Assembly (NCBI GenBank): GCA_001643675.2
Contig: LSRY02000015.1
Coordinates: forward strand, 1,054,001-1,118,000
Source of the DNA: Monocercomonoides exilis PA203
Taxonomy: Eukaryota; Protista; Preaxostyla
Length of the DNA: 64,000 nucleotides
Reading direction: 5' to 3'
The translations under genes were made by a program, and so were the position numbers. Positions 38,240 through 52,100 of the stretch are shown in pieces. Every line of letters starts with the position of its first letter. The stretch's first letter is position 1. Under the pieces are notes generated by a model. The model was given only the letters and a program-made list of their open reading frames with translations, made no database searches and was not told where the DNA came from.

Positions 38240-38617
38240 ATGAGCGGAACGTTAATAGATTTTGATTGGAAGATATCGGTTTGCAATAAATTACGAATAC
38301 GCACATATCTTAACCTTGCATTCTTTTTCACTGTTTTTCACATTTTATTTCTTTTATCATTCATCAAGACAACACTGGCAACAGATTCAATGTCACAGCA
38401 ATACACGCCCACAATGCTTTTGACATTATATTACAATGATGAAGAGATGCATAAACGGGAAGCTTATTTTGAATTTTCACCAAATCAATTACATGAATTT
38501 ATTGAAAAACTTCACACCGTTCAAGATGTATGCTTTCAAATAAAAATTTTCTCTGTAATCTAATCTTTTTATTTTCTGTTTTTTCTTTAGACCGTTAGGA
38601 AAGTTGTTCCGCAATGA
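38240..38617 (+). CDS. COMM-domain protein (COMMD6-like, 74 aa, 3 exons)
   Basis: Exons 38240-38278, 38369-38527, 38591-38617 give MSGTLIDFDWKIS-TTLATDS...PTMLLTL...FEFSPNQLHEFIEKLHTVQD-TVRKVVPQ*; contains the COMM signature LxDFDW..P..FE. Confidence 0.85.
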
Positions 38618-38724
38618 GACTTCATTTCACTGAATCAAATTTTCAGTTTTTTTCTTTTTTTTAACTTCATAACAGAAGAGCGTGTTTAAGATAAATTTTT
38701 TTGTAATAAATATATACCAACTAA

Positions 38725-41520
38725 CTAATTTTCAAAACTTAAAAAATTCACAACAAATAATTCATAAAGAAATTGCCAATCATTGGGGTCTGGCCTTAAT
38801 TCAAGTTTAACAATAGAATGAAGATTGAGAGAGTGTAGAATTTTCGCCAAATGAATCATTGGTAAAATAAGTGTTGATCTGAACACAGGCTCAATAAGAT
38901 GAATGCAGCCTAATTGTTGTTTACTTTGGGAAGATTGTTCTTTCTGTTTCTCTTTTTCTTTCTGTTTGAACTTGTCCATCCTTTCAAGTTCCAGCTTAAA
39001 TGTTTCAATTATTCTCAGAAAGATTTCAGTTGATTTAATGACTCCATTAAGCAATTCGAAAGAATTCGAGCTTTGTGTGTTCAACGCATCGCGAGATATA
39101 TCTTGGAGAGCCTGCTGAGCCAAAGCACCAATTACATAAGACAGAAGATCAGTTACAGGGAAATGAAACATAGAAGATTCTGGATGGTTGAAAAGAGATC
39201 TCATTAGCTCTCCGAAAAAATCAGGCTCTGAGTGAAGTAGATGATATACAACCAAAGGGAAGAGCGTCGGAGGATAAGAAACGGGAGATAAGTGTGTTTG
39301 AGTTGATAAATGTTGAAAAGAGTCCAATTCTGACAGCAAAGTTGGGGCTGCGAAATGGACGACTGAAAATGGAGTGAATGCAGCAAGTCTTATGATGGCT
39401 GAAAAAAGGTTTACGACTATGCAATAATAATAATAATAATAATAAGTTGATTTTTAAAAAAAAATGAAAATGACATAATAAAAAAGAAAAAAAATTGAGA
39501 AGAATCAAAAATGAGTTCACATGAAAAAAAAGATTGGAAGAAAAAAAAAAAAACGCACATTAAAAAAATCAAAAGTGAATGGAAATTATTAAAAGTTAAT
39601 TTTTTTTTCAAAATAAATCAAATTTGTAAGACATTTGCAATACACAATGAATGAACGATTTTTGTAATTTTTATTTTTATTTTATTTTTTATCATTATCG
39701 TTATTTTAATTATTTGCAAACCATTAATTCTCCATGATCCCACTAACTTTTGTTTGAAGATTGTTCGGCTTGTCTGTTTGTTACATGAAAGATCTTTTTT
39801 ATCTTCTACTTCTTTTTCTTCTTTTTCTTCTTTTTCTTCTTTTTCTTCTTTTTCTACTTTGCTCTTGCAAGTTAATTCATTTGATTTATCGATATTGCTT
39901 TTTTGCTTTGATAGTTTATCAATCCAGTCTTCACTCAGTAAGCGCACAAACAATGAAGTGTGGCTAAGCACAACTTCATCAACAAACTTCCACAACTGTC
40001 GAATCGGTGAAGGAAAATGTTTTGTGTTGTTCGCATCTTCGCTATCAGTCGAAGAAGCAAAAGAAGAAGCAGAAGCATTTGGACTGATAGGATTCATCTG
40101 CAACTCATCAGTATCTATAAATATGGTAAAAGCACGATTTTCTTCACCGCGTTCCGTTGCCACTTGTTTTGGGCTGGATGAAAGTGCCAGCAAAGCCTGC
40201 TGTGTTTGCTGTGCTTCTTGTATCCGCTCAATAACTTCGTAAATGAACAGAACGGCGCAATTCATAGGAGGGATTAGGCTGTCAAGTGGAGCACTTTCTT
40301 TTTGATGTGAAAATGGAGCTTGGTGATCTTCGACAATGCTGCCATCCGCTTTGCAATTTTCTGAGGGAAGACATTTGCTCATTTCAGCCTCAACATCAAC
40401 GCAGCACACGCACCTTCGGACCATCTCAACCAAAAGCATCCTCTCATCCCTTGTCATCAATAACTCGACAAATGTATTGCTGTGTGCGGACCCTGTTTTC
40501 TCGACTATATCCCTTAGCATTTGATTGCCACTTGAAATTGTCTGCCAATTTCATAAATTTTGTTGTTAATGATGAGAATCATATTTTTTTTCATATAAAA
40601 AGAAACCGTAGATTCATCAATATAATTAAAGAATAGAATTTTTCAAATAATTAAAACATGCAAAGAACGATATTGCTCGCAAACCATTGAATCGGGAGAA
40701 TCATTTATCTGCTCAAGAATTTGTAAAATTAAACGTTGACGTGCAAGCCACTTGCATTATATTTATAAATTGTCAAACAAATTTGTATGAAAAAGCAAAA
40801 AATCAAACCTCAATTGGATCTTCTCGAATAATGGTTGATTCAAGAACAAGAATTACGTCAAATAAAATTTCGTATGTGGGAAATAAATGAATGTGTTGAA
40901 CAAGAATTTGGATAATGTTTCGTTGCTCGATTTCATTAATAACCTTGATAACATAAGATTTAGCAAACAACAAATAATAAAATTAGAAAGAAAGAAAGAA
41001 AAATTAAAGAGAAATTTGCTTTTGTTTACCTCTTCCGGGTATTTGCAAAGAAGCGAATGAAAAACATCTTGTAAATAATGCATTGAAAGTGATGAAATAT
41101 GATGGTGGCAATTGAAAGACGCAAAAAGATAATCAACAACTTCTGGACTCATGAGCTTTGATTGGATTTGCGGTAAAGAACTTGACAAAATCTTTGAAGC
41201 AATGAATGAATATCGATAAATAATATCATCATCGTTGAAAGGTATTTCACTGGGTGTAAGAAGTGAAATCAGCTCTTTGAATATCTGTGTTGCTGTTAAA
41301 CTAAATTTTCATTGACAAAATTGATAAAAGCGTAATGCTTATTATTTAAAAAAAATGAAAGATGAACATACTAATCAAGTAATTTTTCGTTATTCGACTT
41401 CAAATCTTCCAATATACTGTCGCAATTTAATATTTCAAGTAAGTTTGCCCCTCTAACTATCGCGTTCTCAATTTCAGACTCTTGCTTAGTGTAAAAACGG
41501 AACCAACATTCATCAGACAT
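38725..41520 (-). CDS. SAPS-domain protein (SIT4/PP6 regulatory subunit), multi-exon
   Basis: N-terminus NLLEILNCDSILEDLKSNNEKLLD-xL, YRYSFIASKILSS, later KLVGSWR and LFNHPESSMFH, typical of the SAPS/PPP6R family; intron-like tracts between ORF pieces. Confidence 0.8.
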
Positions 41521-41892
41521 TTGATCTACCCCTTCATAAAAATTTTTCTTCATTGTATTTCGTTTTAAAAAATTGTGAATAAAATCATTAACTTCGTCTA
41601 ACAAATCATTGTTACAATAAAACAAATTGTAAATTTGTATGCTACTCTTTATTGTTTATGTTTATTGTATCGATGATGAGCATTTTTTGTTATTGTTCAG
41701 ATTTTGAAATAAAAATTTGTTTTGCGTCTGTAAAAGGAAATGAAGTGGTTCGTACCATATATTATTCATCTATTTTGTAAGTTGAAATCGCTTTCTTTTT
41801 AATTATTATTTATTTATTTATTTATTTTTTTCCATAGTTGTAATGATTGCGATAAAAGAAACAGAAAGGCAATTGATTCTGAAGGAAGATCG

Positions 41893-42601
41893 ATGAGCGC
41901 TCCACGAAGAATATCGCACATTACAGAAGAAAGGTATTTATCTTTGAGTAATTTTTAGACCAGCTTTTTTATTTCTAGTTTAATTAAAAAAGTCTTCCTT
42001 GTGATCCTGTAAGTCATAGATACTATAAAAGCAAAGATGGCGAATTACTACAGCAATACGATGAAATTAAAGATGTTAGAAAAATATTGTTCTTATTTCA
42101 GAATTTCAGTTTTTTAAACACAATTAACATAAAAATTTGGAAACTGAAAAATCAACATATAAAATTATTCAGTTTCGAAGAGCAATTAGATATCAATCGC
42201 TGTACCATAAGAGACAAAGAAGCGATCTTGATCCGGTTACTGGCTGTCCTTTGACATATTATCCTTCATCTCCCCCACGTCCTCCAAAGACAATCAATAC
42301 TACAGAAATTAATCCTGCATTGTTTATTGCATTGGAAAGAAAGGAAAAAGGCGTATTTGAAAGAGGCAGCTTTAAATGTGCTGGAATTCTTCCTCCTCTG
42401 AAAGATTCGGTTTCTTCATTCTCTGCAATCACAACGCACAACTCATCATCTGTTGGCTCATCTCATCAATCATTAGCATCAGGTTTTCTTCCTCCACTTC
42501 GCGAATCGCTTAACTCTCACAAATTCAAATCTGCAAAAAAGCATTTCTTTTGTCAAAATGACGTTGTTGGAAAATTATTAGTTAATGAAGATGTTAATTG
42601 A
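41893..42601 (+). CDS. Hypothetical protein (intron-containing; last exon within 42137-42601)
   Basis: Protein-like ORF FRRAIRYQSLYHKRQRSDLDPVTGCPL...; upstream exon structure is uncertain. Confidence 0.4.
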
Positions 42602-42945
42602 GTGTGTAAAGAAACTTTTGCATTGATTGTGGAACCCAAAATATACATGTTTTTGTGTATTATTTTTTTTCACATTCGTGAAGCAATGATTGTTTTCGTT
42701 TTGTGGAATAACTTCATTTCTCTCAATTTATTTTTTATTGATAATTGTTGAATTGCTTTTTAGATTTTCATTTTCATAAAAATTGTAACTTGAGTCTAGT
42801 TTTTTGTTAGATCAAACAATATATATGGCTGATCCTTTTTGAAATCATACTTTCGTTCGAGTTTTGATCAGAATTTTTCTTTCAATAGGATTTTGAAAAA
42901 AAATTATAGGGTCATATTTTAATTAGCACCCAGTTTTTTATGAGA

Positions 42946-43204
42946 TGGATGATTATTTTTGAAATCAAATTTTTTTGAACAAAAAATTCGATTTGATAAT
43001 ATCGTTTTGAATATTGATAAATGTACACAGAAAAGTGATAAATCCTATAAAGACCATCTTTGTATTCCATTTTCATCAAATATTGGCTTTTGACACAATT
43101 GAAATGATTTTTTCATTTCAAAGATTAATTGATTTTCTTTGACAATGAATTATCAAAATAATCAGTATCCCGAAAAAAGTTATGATTTCAAAAATAATCA
43201 CCCG
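42946..43204. mobile_element. MITE family C copy within the palindrome arm (mirror copy at 44367-44625)
   Basis: TGGATGATTATTTTTGAAATCA...TGATTTCAAAAATAATCACCCG; internal similarity to 18573-18830. Confidence 0.7.
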
Positions 43205-43658
43205 GAACCTAAATTTTTTTAAGTTTTATTTTTTGATCAATGTTTTGATCGTTTTTCCACGAACTTTTGAAAACAAGCATTTTCCTTGTTAGCGTTGCTT
43301 TTTAACTTTTCTTTTTAACATTTTTGGTTATTATATAACTTAAGAAACTGTTTTTTTTTTTTCCTATAGTTATCACACCTTATTTTTTTTTTTTTTTGAA
43401 AAACGAAAATATCAACAAAAGAAATAATAATTTGCTAAATTGATAATATTTGAATAATATTATATTCAGTGTTATATTAAATGACAAAACCTTCATAAAT
43501 AATTTTTGTGAATGAAAAGGAAAACGTGGAAAACAATATATCTTTTTTTCATTTTTTGACTGAAATACTTTTTGATAATATTTCTCACCACTTTTATAAT
43601 TTGTAATACAAATCTTGCTAATCATTCGCTCATGATTAATTCAAAAAATAACAACATG

Positions 43659-43912
43659 TGGGTCATTCTTTTTGAAATGTCGCAAATGTTTAATTTTTGT
43701 GTTTAATAAAATGTTCACAATTTGTCATTTTTTGTTATTTGTCAATCAGATTTCTCCAGCATGCACTTTTTCTTACATTAAATAGGTTTGTGTATTCAAA
43801 TTCTATGTGTTATTAAGTTTTCAGTATAAAAAGCAAAAACTGGTCAAAAAATGTTCAATTTTTATTAAACCCAAAAATTAAACATTTGCGACATTTCAAA
43901 AAGAATGACCCA
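43659..43912. mobile_element. MITE family B copy at the palindrome centre
   Basis: TIR TGGGTCATTCTTTTTGAAATGTCGCAAATGTTTAATTTT; TIR and interior resemble 17618-17859. Confidence 0.8.
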
Positions 43913-46156
43913 CATGTTGTTATTTTTTGAATTAATCATGAGCGAATGATTAGCAAGATTTGTATTACAAATTATAAAAGTGGTGAGAAATATTATCAAA
44001 AAGTATTTCAGTCAAAAAATGAAAAAAAGATATATTGTTTTCCACGTTTTCCTTTTCATTCACAAAAATTATTTATGAAGGTTTTGTCATTTAATATAAC
44101 ACTGAATATAATATTATTCAAATATTATCAATTTAGCAAATTATTATTTCTTTTGTTGATATTTTCGTTTTTCAAAAAAAAAAAAAAATAAGGTGTGATA
44201 ACTATAGGAAAAAAAAAAAACAGTTTCTTAAGTTATATAATAACCAAAAATGTTAAAAAGAAAAGTTAAAAAGCAACGCTAACAAGGAAAATGCTTGTTT
44301 TCAAAAGTTCGTGGAAAAACGATCAAAACATTGATCAAAAAATAAAACTTAAAAAAATTTAGGTTCCGGGTGATTATTTTTGAAATCATAACTTTTTTCG
44401 GGATACTGATTATTTTGATAATTCATTGTCAAAGAAAATCAATTAATCTTTGAAATGAAAAAATCATTTCAATTGTGTCAAAAGCCAATATTTGATGAAA
44501 ATGGAATACAAAGATGGTCTTTATAGGATTTATCACTTTTCTGTGTACATTTATCAATATTCAAAACGATATTATCAAATCGAATTTTTTGTTCAAAAAA
44601 ATTTGATTTCAAAAATAATCATCCATCTCATAAAAAACTGGGTGCTAATTAAAATATGACCCTATAATTTTTTTTCAAAATCCTATTGAAAGAAAAATTC
44701 TGATCAAAACTCGAACGAAAGTATGATTTCAAAAAGGATCAGCCATATATAATTAACAGCATGAATAGTCTTTCTCACAAAATCAATTTTGAAATGAATG
44801 GCAATAATCTTTCGACTTGAGAATTTGTTTAAAAGAAAAATGTTCATGAAAATATCAAAAATCATAAAATAGTCATTAAGTTTTTTTTTTAATGGTTTTT
44901 TCAAATAAAGAATACAATCAAAACCTGATATAATCACATCGAATATTATCACATTCGTTAATAATTGCATTTTCTATACACCGACATTTTTGGTCTATTT
45001 TTCTTTCATTTTCCATGGAATATAATCACAAGGTCAAATATATTTTTTCGCATTTTATATTATTATGTATGCTTTTTTCTATGAAAAATCGGTTTTTTGA
45101 TAATAATTGTAAATCTTTTATTTTTCAAAATTATGCTTCAATTAGTCCAAATAATGTGCATTTGTGAGTAGAATTATTTTCGCAAGTTAAAAATGTGATT
45201 TAATGAAGATTTTACAAAAATGGAACAAATTGCCAAAAATTGATAAAAAAATCAATCAATTTTCAATTTTTTTCTATGTAAATCTACTAAACTTGTAATC
45301 ACAATCGGATATTGTCACAAGAAGTTGTGCAAAACCGATGTGATTATATCCTGTTTTGATAGAAAATAATAAATAGATAAAAAATATATATATATTTTTT
45401 AATATAAAAAATTAGAAAGGAATCGATGGCTATAATTCAATATCATCGAAAACTGCAGCTTGAAGTGAAATATAACTATTATAAATGAATAAGCAATAAT
45501 TCTTGACAGCATTTGTAACAAAATAATTTTTCAAAATTGTTCTTTTCTTTTGTTTTCGTGTGCCAAACGCTCCTCTCTCCTTTTTTCAAGACTGAATTTT
45601 CATCTCCAATTCTCCTATTCTGTGAATGTACTTTTGTTTTCAATGTCAATTCCAAACAGCTCTGTGCCTTCACACATATCAATAATTAACAGCCAACAAC
45701 AATGCTTCAGAAAACACACTTATAACAAAATGGCTGTTTCAGAAATATTTTTTGGGGGGTATTTTTTTTTTTCAAATAAGAAAACACATGATGGTTCAAA
45801 TTGTTTTTCATTTTCATTCATTCCTTTGCCGTTGTATTTCCAATTCAACAAAAAAGAACAATAACTTAAAATAAAAAACAAAAACAAACACTCGTTTTCG
45901 CTCAAGAAATCAGCCACCTGCTTTTTGCTTGCGATTCGGAAACCGCAACAAAATTTCTTCACTGCGACTGACCAACTTGAGCATTCACAATACCATCACT
46001 TCTGTTTCAGCTTCGTCACCCCAATGCCAACTTTCTTTCCCCTCTCCTCATTCGGTGTTTCAAATCGTTCAAAATGTTCGATCCACTCTCATTCGGTTTG
46101 TTTGTCGTTTCTATCATTCTTCCTTTTCCAGTTTTGTGCTCTTCAACCACAAACAA

Positions 46157-49100
46157 CTACAGAAATGATGTGTCGCTGAAACTGCTGCTCCCAATATCGC
46201 TTCCTCTGCCAACATCGCTCACGTTTTCATCGTCGATTGCATCAGACGCTGTCACAACCACCATCTCTGCAGGAAAGTGCCCGAAGAACTCTCGCTTCAG
46301 CTCCACAAGTGTGGGTCTGCTCTTCGCCTGCAGCATCACACACGCTTTCGTCGTCTCACCAAAACTACTTGTCTCGATCACCCCCATGTTCGGCCTCTCC
46401 CCATTCTTTATCTTCTCTCCAGCAGTCTCAGCCTCATAATCTCCAAATGGGATCTGCAGTGTCAGGCACTCCCACAGCATCATCCCTATCGAAAACACCA
46501 CCGTCTTTTTCGTTGCATGCTTTTTTGTCCCATTCAGCAGCTCTGGTGCCTTCCATCGCAAACACTCCTTTCTGTTGTCTTCATCATCCTCAAAGGCAGA
46601 TGAGGGCAAAGAGTCGCTTTCATCATCACTTGCTGATGTCACAACTGTTGATGAAGAGATGGAGGATGAAGTGTCTGAGTCTGATGAACAATCTGAGTGC
46701 ATGGCAATGCAGATGACCATGTGCTCGGAGAAAAGAACGATATGAGGACTGAGATTATTCAATGATTGAAGAGGGTTTTCCATTTCATCAAAGGAGTGAA
46801 GAGCTCCATTCGCCACCCAGAACAGGATCTGCGCTGCTGTCTGCTCCCGCTCCTTCAGTGTGCCTATCGCCATCTCTTTCTTCTCATTCCTTCCATGAAG
46901 CAGCATGAACAGTGAATCCCTCAGATCCACTATCAATTTCTCATGTGGTGAGGAACAGGCCATTGCATCAACCAGATTCGACATCGATGAAGTGGTTGGG
47001 CAAAGATCCTCTCTCTGAACAAAAGTCGAATCAGAATCGGTCGTTGAAGTGGATGAAATAGATGGCGATGGTGTTCTCTTCCTTATCTCTTCTTCCTCAT
47101 CTTTCTCCAACATCCATTGAGGGATCTTGTCTGAATCCTTTCCCAAGATATATTCAGTTGACCCACTCTCAGAGAGAAGATGCTCTGAAGACTCTGAGTG
47201 TCCCAAGCTTTTCTCATACACTCTCTTCTTCATCCTTTCCTCATTCTTCTTCTCTGCCTCATTCTCTGCTCTCCTCCACTGCTCTTCTGGTGACATTTCC
47301 ATCGTCACCATCTCAAATGCCTTCGGATCCTTTTTAATATTATCATTCACAATCTCTCTCAGATCTTCTGCTTCATTCTTGATCTTCTTCCACCGAACAA
47401 CCAGAACAACAACAATTACAAGCAGAATCACAACAATCACAATGCCAACAATCAACAACCAATACGATTTCCCTTCTTTTCCTCCCTCAACAACCATTTC
47501 GTCTCCATTAACCTTGGGTTCACTTCTGTTCTTTAAAACAACAGATCTTGTGTATGATGGAGCAGTCGCACTGCCAAACTTCACAAAACATGATATCTCT
47601 ATTTCCTCATCTGCTTCTGTCACCTTCACCAGAGGAATCCTTGCATGCGCTTCATTCTCCCACACAAATCCCTCTTCATCAAACTCATATCCCTCAGTCG
47701 CTTCTTCATCGCCTCTCCTGAAAATCACCTTCAGAGACAGATTGCACGGGAGCAGAAGCTCTCCCTTTGTAATGAGATGCATGCTCTCTCCCTCTTCTTT
47801 CATCTCCACCTCCTCCAGCTCTGGGATGAACAGCGGTGATGCTCGCTCAGCTGCAATCCCCAGCAGACTGCACCCTTCTTCCAGAATCCACAGCGAGCTG
47901 TTCTCTTTCGCTCCATCTCCCCCTTTCAAGCTCCTCAAATCCACCTCTCCGCCTCCGCTGCACCGAACATTCCTCCGAACAGACTCATATCCTGCAATAT
48001 GCACTTTGTTCTCCACAAACTCTCCTTTCTCCACTCTCACTTTCCCGCCATCCACCAGCAGCCCTCCAGCTCCGCTCTTTTCCACTCTCGTATCCCTCAT
48101 CACACCAGCACTCCCTTCAAGCTCAACCACTGACCCATTCCATTTGCACACCTCGCTCAATCCAAACAAAACTTTTTCCTCCTCCTCACATCCATTCTCT
48201 TCACTCCCTTTCCCGCCACAGAACAAACATGAAACAATCTTCATGTCAGTGCAATGCCCAAACAGAGCAAGCTCCCCCTGCCTTTTCCCCTTCCACTCGT
48301 TCACAAACGAGCTGTTGAACACCTCCACCAAACACCCTCCAACATCAATCTCTGCAATCCTCCCTTCTTCATCTCCAAACGACACATTTCCCAGCGAGCA
48401 AAGCAACACTTCGCAGCTGCCCGTCTCTCCTTGCCTTCCACCTGCCTGCCAGCTCAGCCCCATTGCACGCCTCCCCACCTTCACCTCTTCCACTTTCAGC
48501 CTCTCAAATACAACATTCCCAGACACCCCAACCCCTTCCACCTCACAGACACACTCCACTTCGAGCTTGGCCACCTTCACATCAGAAATATACACCTCAG
48601 CCCCCGATGCCTCGATCAGCGTCAGATGCACTGCCGAAGCATCTGCTCCTTCCACTGGGCTGAACTCGCATCCTTCCAACGACACACTCCCCTCTGTGCA
48701 TCCAAACAGAACACAATGCCCTCCTTCCATCACTTCTGCAAACCGGAATGCAAGCAGCCTTATCTCCACTGCTCCTCGGCACTCAACCACACTCCTCCTC
48801 TCCCCCTCGATCTGCCCAGCAACCGCCACCTCTGCTGCTGCCCTTCCTCGCGACAGCACACTCACCTCCTCAAACTCCATCTCACGATCCATCACACTCT
48901 TCCCATCCACAATCAGCCTGCTTTCCACCTTGTGCGACACATGCATCAGCCCATACCCAACACTCAAGCACGGCTGCTCCACAACCCCACACTGCCGTTT
49001 GTCCTCCCCGTTCCTCCCTTCTGCAGAACTCACAATAATCGTGTCTGCCTGATACACAAGAATCAGATCCAGCAGATCCATCGGCTCCCTCGACTGCTCG

Positions 49101-52100
49101 CTCCGGTCAATCCCCAAGATCGCATTCTGCCGCACAAACACATCCTCGTCAAAGCTCATCCGGAAGTGCGTCTCGTTGATCTGCCTCCGCAGATTGTCGC
49201 ACTCCACAAACACATCCCGCCCGGCAAACGCTGTGTTCGCCTCAAACTTCTTCGGTGCAATCAGCATCCCCAGCTTCCCTGCCCCGTCTGTCCGCACATA
49301 CATCCCGCCTCCCCGCCCCTTCTCCGTCGAGCACCCGCACTTTTCCACTCGACACTCCCGCAGCTCATACCACCCTTCTGCCCCAACCTCCACAAAGATC
49401 GCTCCTCCTTTCTCATTCCCAGCCCCTTCACACCCCGTGAACACACAATCCACCAGCTCTACCCCCTTCCCCATCCAGTCCAGATAGCTCACCACCCGGC
49501 TTCCATCTCCTGCTCCCTTCACAAACTCAAACTCTGATCTATTCACCACCAGTCCCCGCTCTTCGCTGTTCCTCTCCTTTTGCTGCTTTCTCCCTCCTGC
49601 TTCCACTCCAAGGTCTGCTCTTGATATTGTTGATGCTGATGAAGCAACCACCTCAATCACACTCCCCGAGCTTATGTTGCACGAGCTCACTCTCATCCCT
49701 CTCACCTGCACAGACACTTCGTGGCTCGCAACAATCATGCTCTTTCCTGCTGACACCGAATCTGCTCGGACATCCTCCAGCACCATCTGTCCTCGAACTG
49801 CCTGCACAAACGATACCTCCATTACGCTGTCTCTATCCCCATCCCACGACAGCTTACAGTCCTTCATCATCAGCATCCCACTCCTGCCGGTGATCAGCGC
49901 CCCTTCTTCGTTTACAAACCCAGCCATTGCACTCACTGCAAGATGTGACAGCTCCAGATTCCCATCTCCTTCGAGATGCCCGCACTTCCCTCCTGCTCCC
50001 ATCCCGAACACCATCTCACTTTTCACTCTCTTCTCATCACTTCCCCCAAAAGACACCACTTCAAAGTCTCTCACCTTGTACCCATCCCTGATCTCGCTCT
50101 TTTCCCCAATCACCATCTTCCTCTTTCCCTGTCCCGCCTCCACCTGCCCCATCCCTTTCCAGAACGTGTGGCACGGATCTGCCTCGCTTCCACATCGCTT
50201 CACATCATGCCCGCTCCACGACACATGCACCATCCAGTTTTCATATCCAACCAGGAACCTGAACAAATCTGTGTCCTTGTGGATCCCATCGCTCCCAACA
50301 AACAGGTTGCTGTCTTTCTCCATCTCGCCAAATTCAAACACAAATGTCTCTTCATTCACACTCCCATTCAGATCAGCACACTCCAGATACACATTCTTCC
50401 CCTTCCATGCTTCATTTCCCTCAAACACAACTCCCCGCAGCGTCAGCAGGGATGCACTCCTCGCTTCGCTTCCATTCACATGCACAAACCCTCCTCTTCC
50501 TTCACTCACAGAACATTTGCATCCTCTTGCATTCGTGCTTCTCAACACAGCCTTCTCTTCTCCACTCAGCTCAATCTCCATCACTCCCCCTGCTCTGCTC
50601 CCCTCACTTGCAATACCATCCGCCTCCAAGCTCTCCACAACCACACTCGAATGCACAGCAAACGGCACCTTCTCAAACGACGCTTCCCTGACAGAGCAGT
50701 TCTGCACATTCAGCATCCCCTTCAGCGTGCTCACAATCCTGTATCCAACAACCCCGCTCTCTCTCCACTCAAACCCCACATTCGACACATTCACCACCCC
50801 GCCTTCTGTTCCCAGAACCATGCTTTGCCCACTTCCAAACACCTGCGGAAGACTTATCACAAATATCCTCACACTCAGGCGCTCACAGCTCCACATCACA
50901 GCTTCACATCCATCGCTCTTCAGCTCCCATTCAACACGCATCTTCGCCTGCTTTGCTTCTTCTGCCTCAGGCCCACATATCATTGTTCCTCGCTCAAACA
51001 CAAAGCAGTCACTCACCACACATCTGTCGCTCACCACAACCTTCTGCTCTTCTTGCTCACTCTCTTCCTTCAGATGCCCAATCCCACACCAAAGCGTCTC
51101 GCATGCAATCTCCTCTTTCCCACACCCCAGAACATCCATCCCGCTCCCTTCCGACACATGCACCTCATCTCCGCTGAACTTCACCAGAAACAGAAGCAAA
51201 TCAACACTCTCCCTTGCAAATCTTCCATTATCCCTCCCTCGCAGCTCCACTTTGCTCACCTCATCTTCGCCCACAAGCTCCATCTCAAACCGTTTCGGAA
51301 GGATTGTTGCATTCAAATCCTCACATACCACAAACATATCTGCCCCTTCCACTGCCCTGTTTCTCTCAAACACACACCCCTTCACAGCAAAGCAATCTTC
51401 CCTGCTCTCCCCAACAACACTCATATACATCCCTCCTCCTTTCCCTTCACTCCCCCTTGCCTCGCATCCCTCAAATGTGCTGTTCTCAATAACAACCACT
51501 CCGCCTTCTGCAACCTCACACTTCAATCCTCCTCCATCCCCTTCTTCAGATACACATCCTGTGAACATCGAATTGTTTTCCACTCTGCATCTCTTCCCTA
51601 GCTTCACAACAACCCCGCTCCCCATCCCCATCTCGCATCTTTCCATCGTGATCCCACTCATTTCCATCTCCGATCCATTCTCCCCAACAATCATCCCTTC
51701 TCCATTTGTCTTCACATCCTCCACTGTGACAAACCCCAGCTCCACTCTTCCATCCCCCACTCTCACAATCCCTCCTCCACAAAACTCAATCCCTCTCACT
51801 GTCACACGCTCAATCTGCATCTCTCCGCCTTTCACGCTCCCCACCCACACGCTAGCCACTGAAGATCCACTTCCTTCCTCGCTTTCTTCCCCGTCAAACT
51901 TGCAGTCAACAATCATCACAACCCCAACACTCATCTCCACAAACTCCTCCTTCTCTGACTCTGCTGGCAGCTTCACAACAAGCTTGCTCAACACAAGCGA
52001 TGCTTGCTCCCCTCCTTCCACAACCTCCACATGCCCCATCCTCCCAACATTCATCACCCCCTTCGTGTTGCTCCCCCGGATCGTCAGCGACTTCCCGTGC

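Larger units (their letters stand above)
42820..44751. repeat. Perfect 880-bp inverted repeat (1932-bp palindrome with 172-bp spacer)
   Basis: 42820-43699 is the reverse complement of 43872-44751; mirrored identical 81-aa ORFs (43380-43625 - and 43946-44191 +) share the same coordinate sum, 87571. Confidence 0.97.

Noticed and set aside
43380-44191. Twin identical 81-aa ORFs
   Set aside because: A by-product of the palindrome; AT-rich low-complexity translation.
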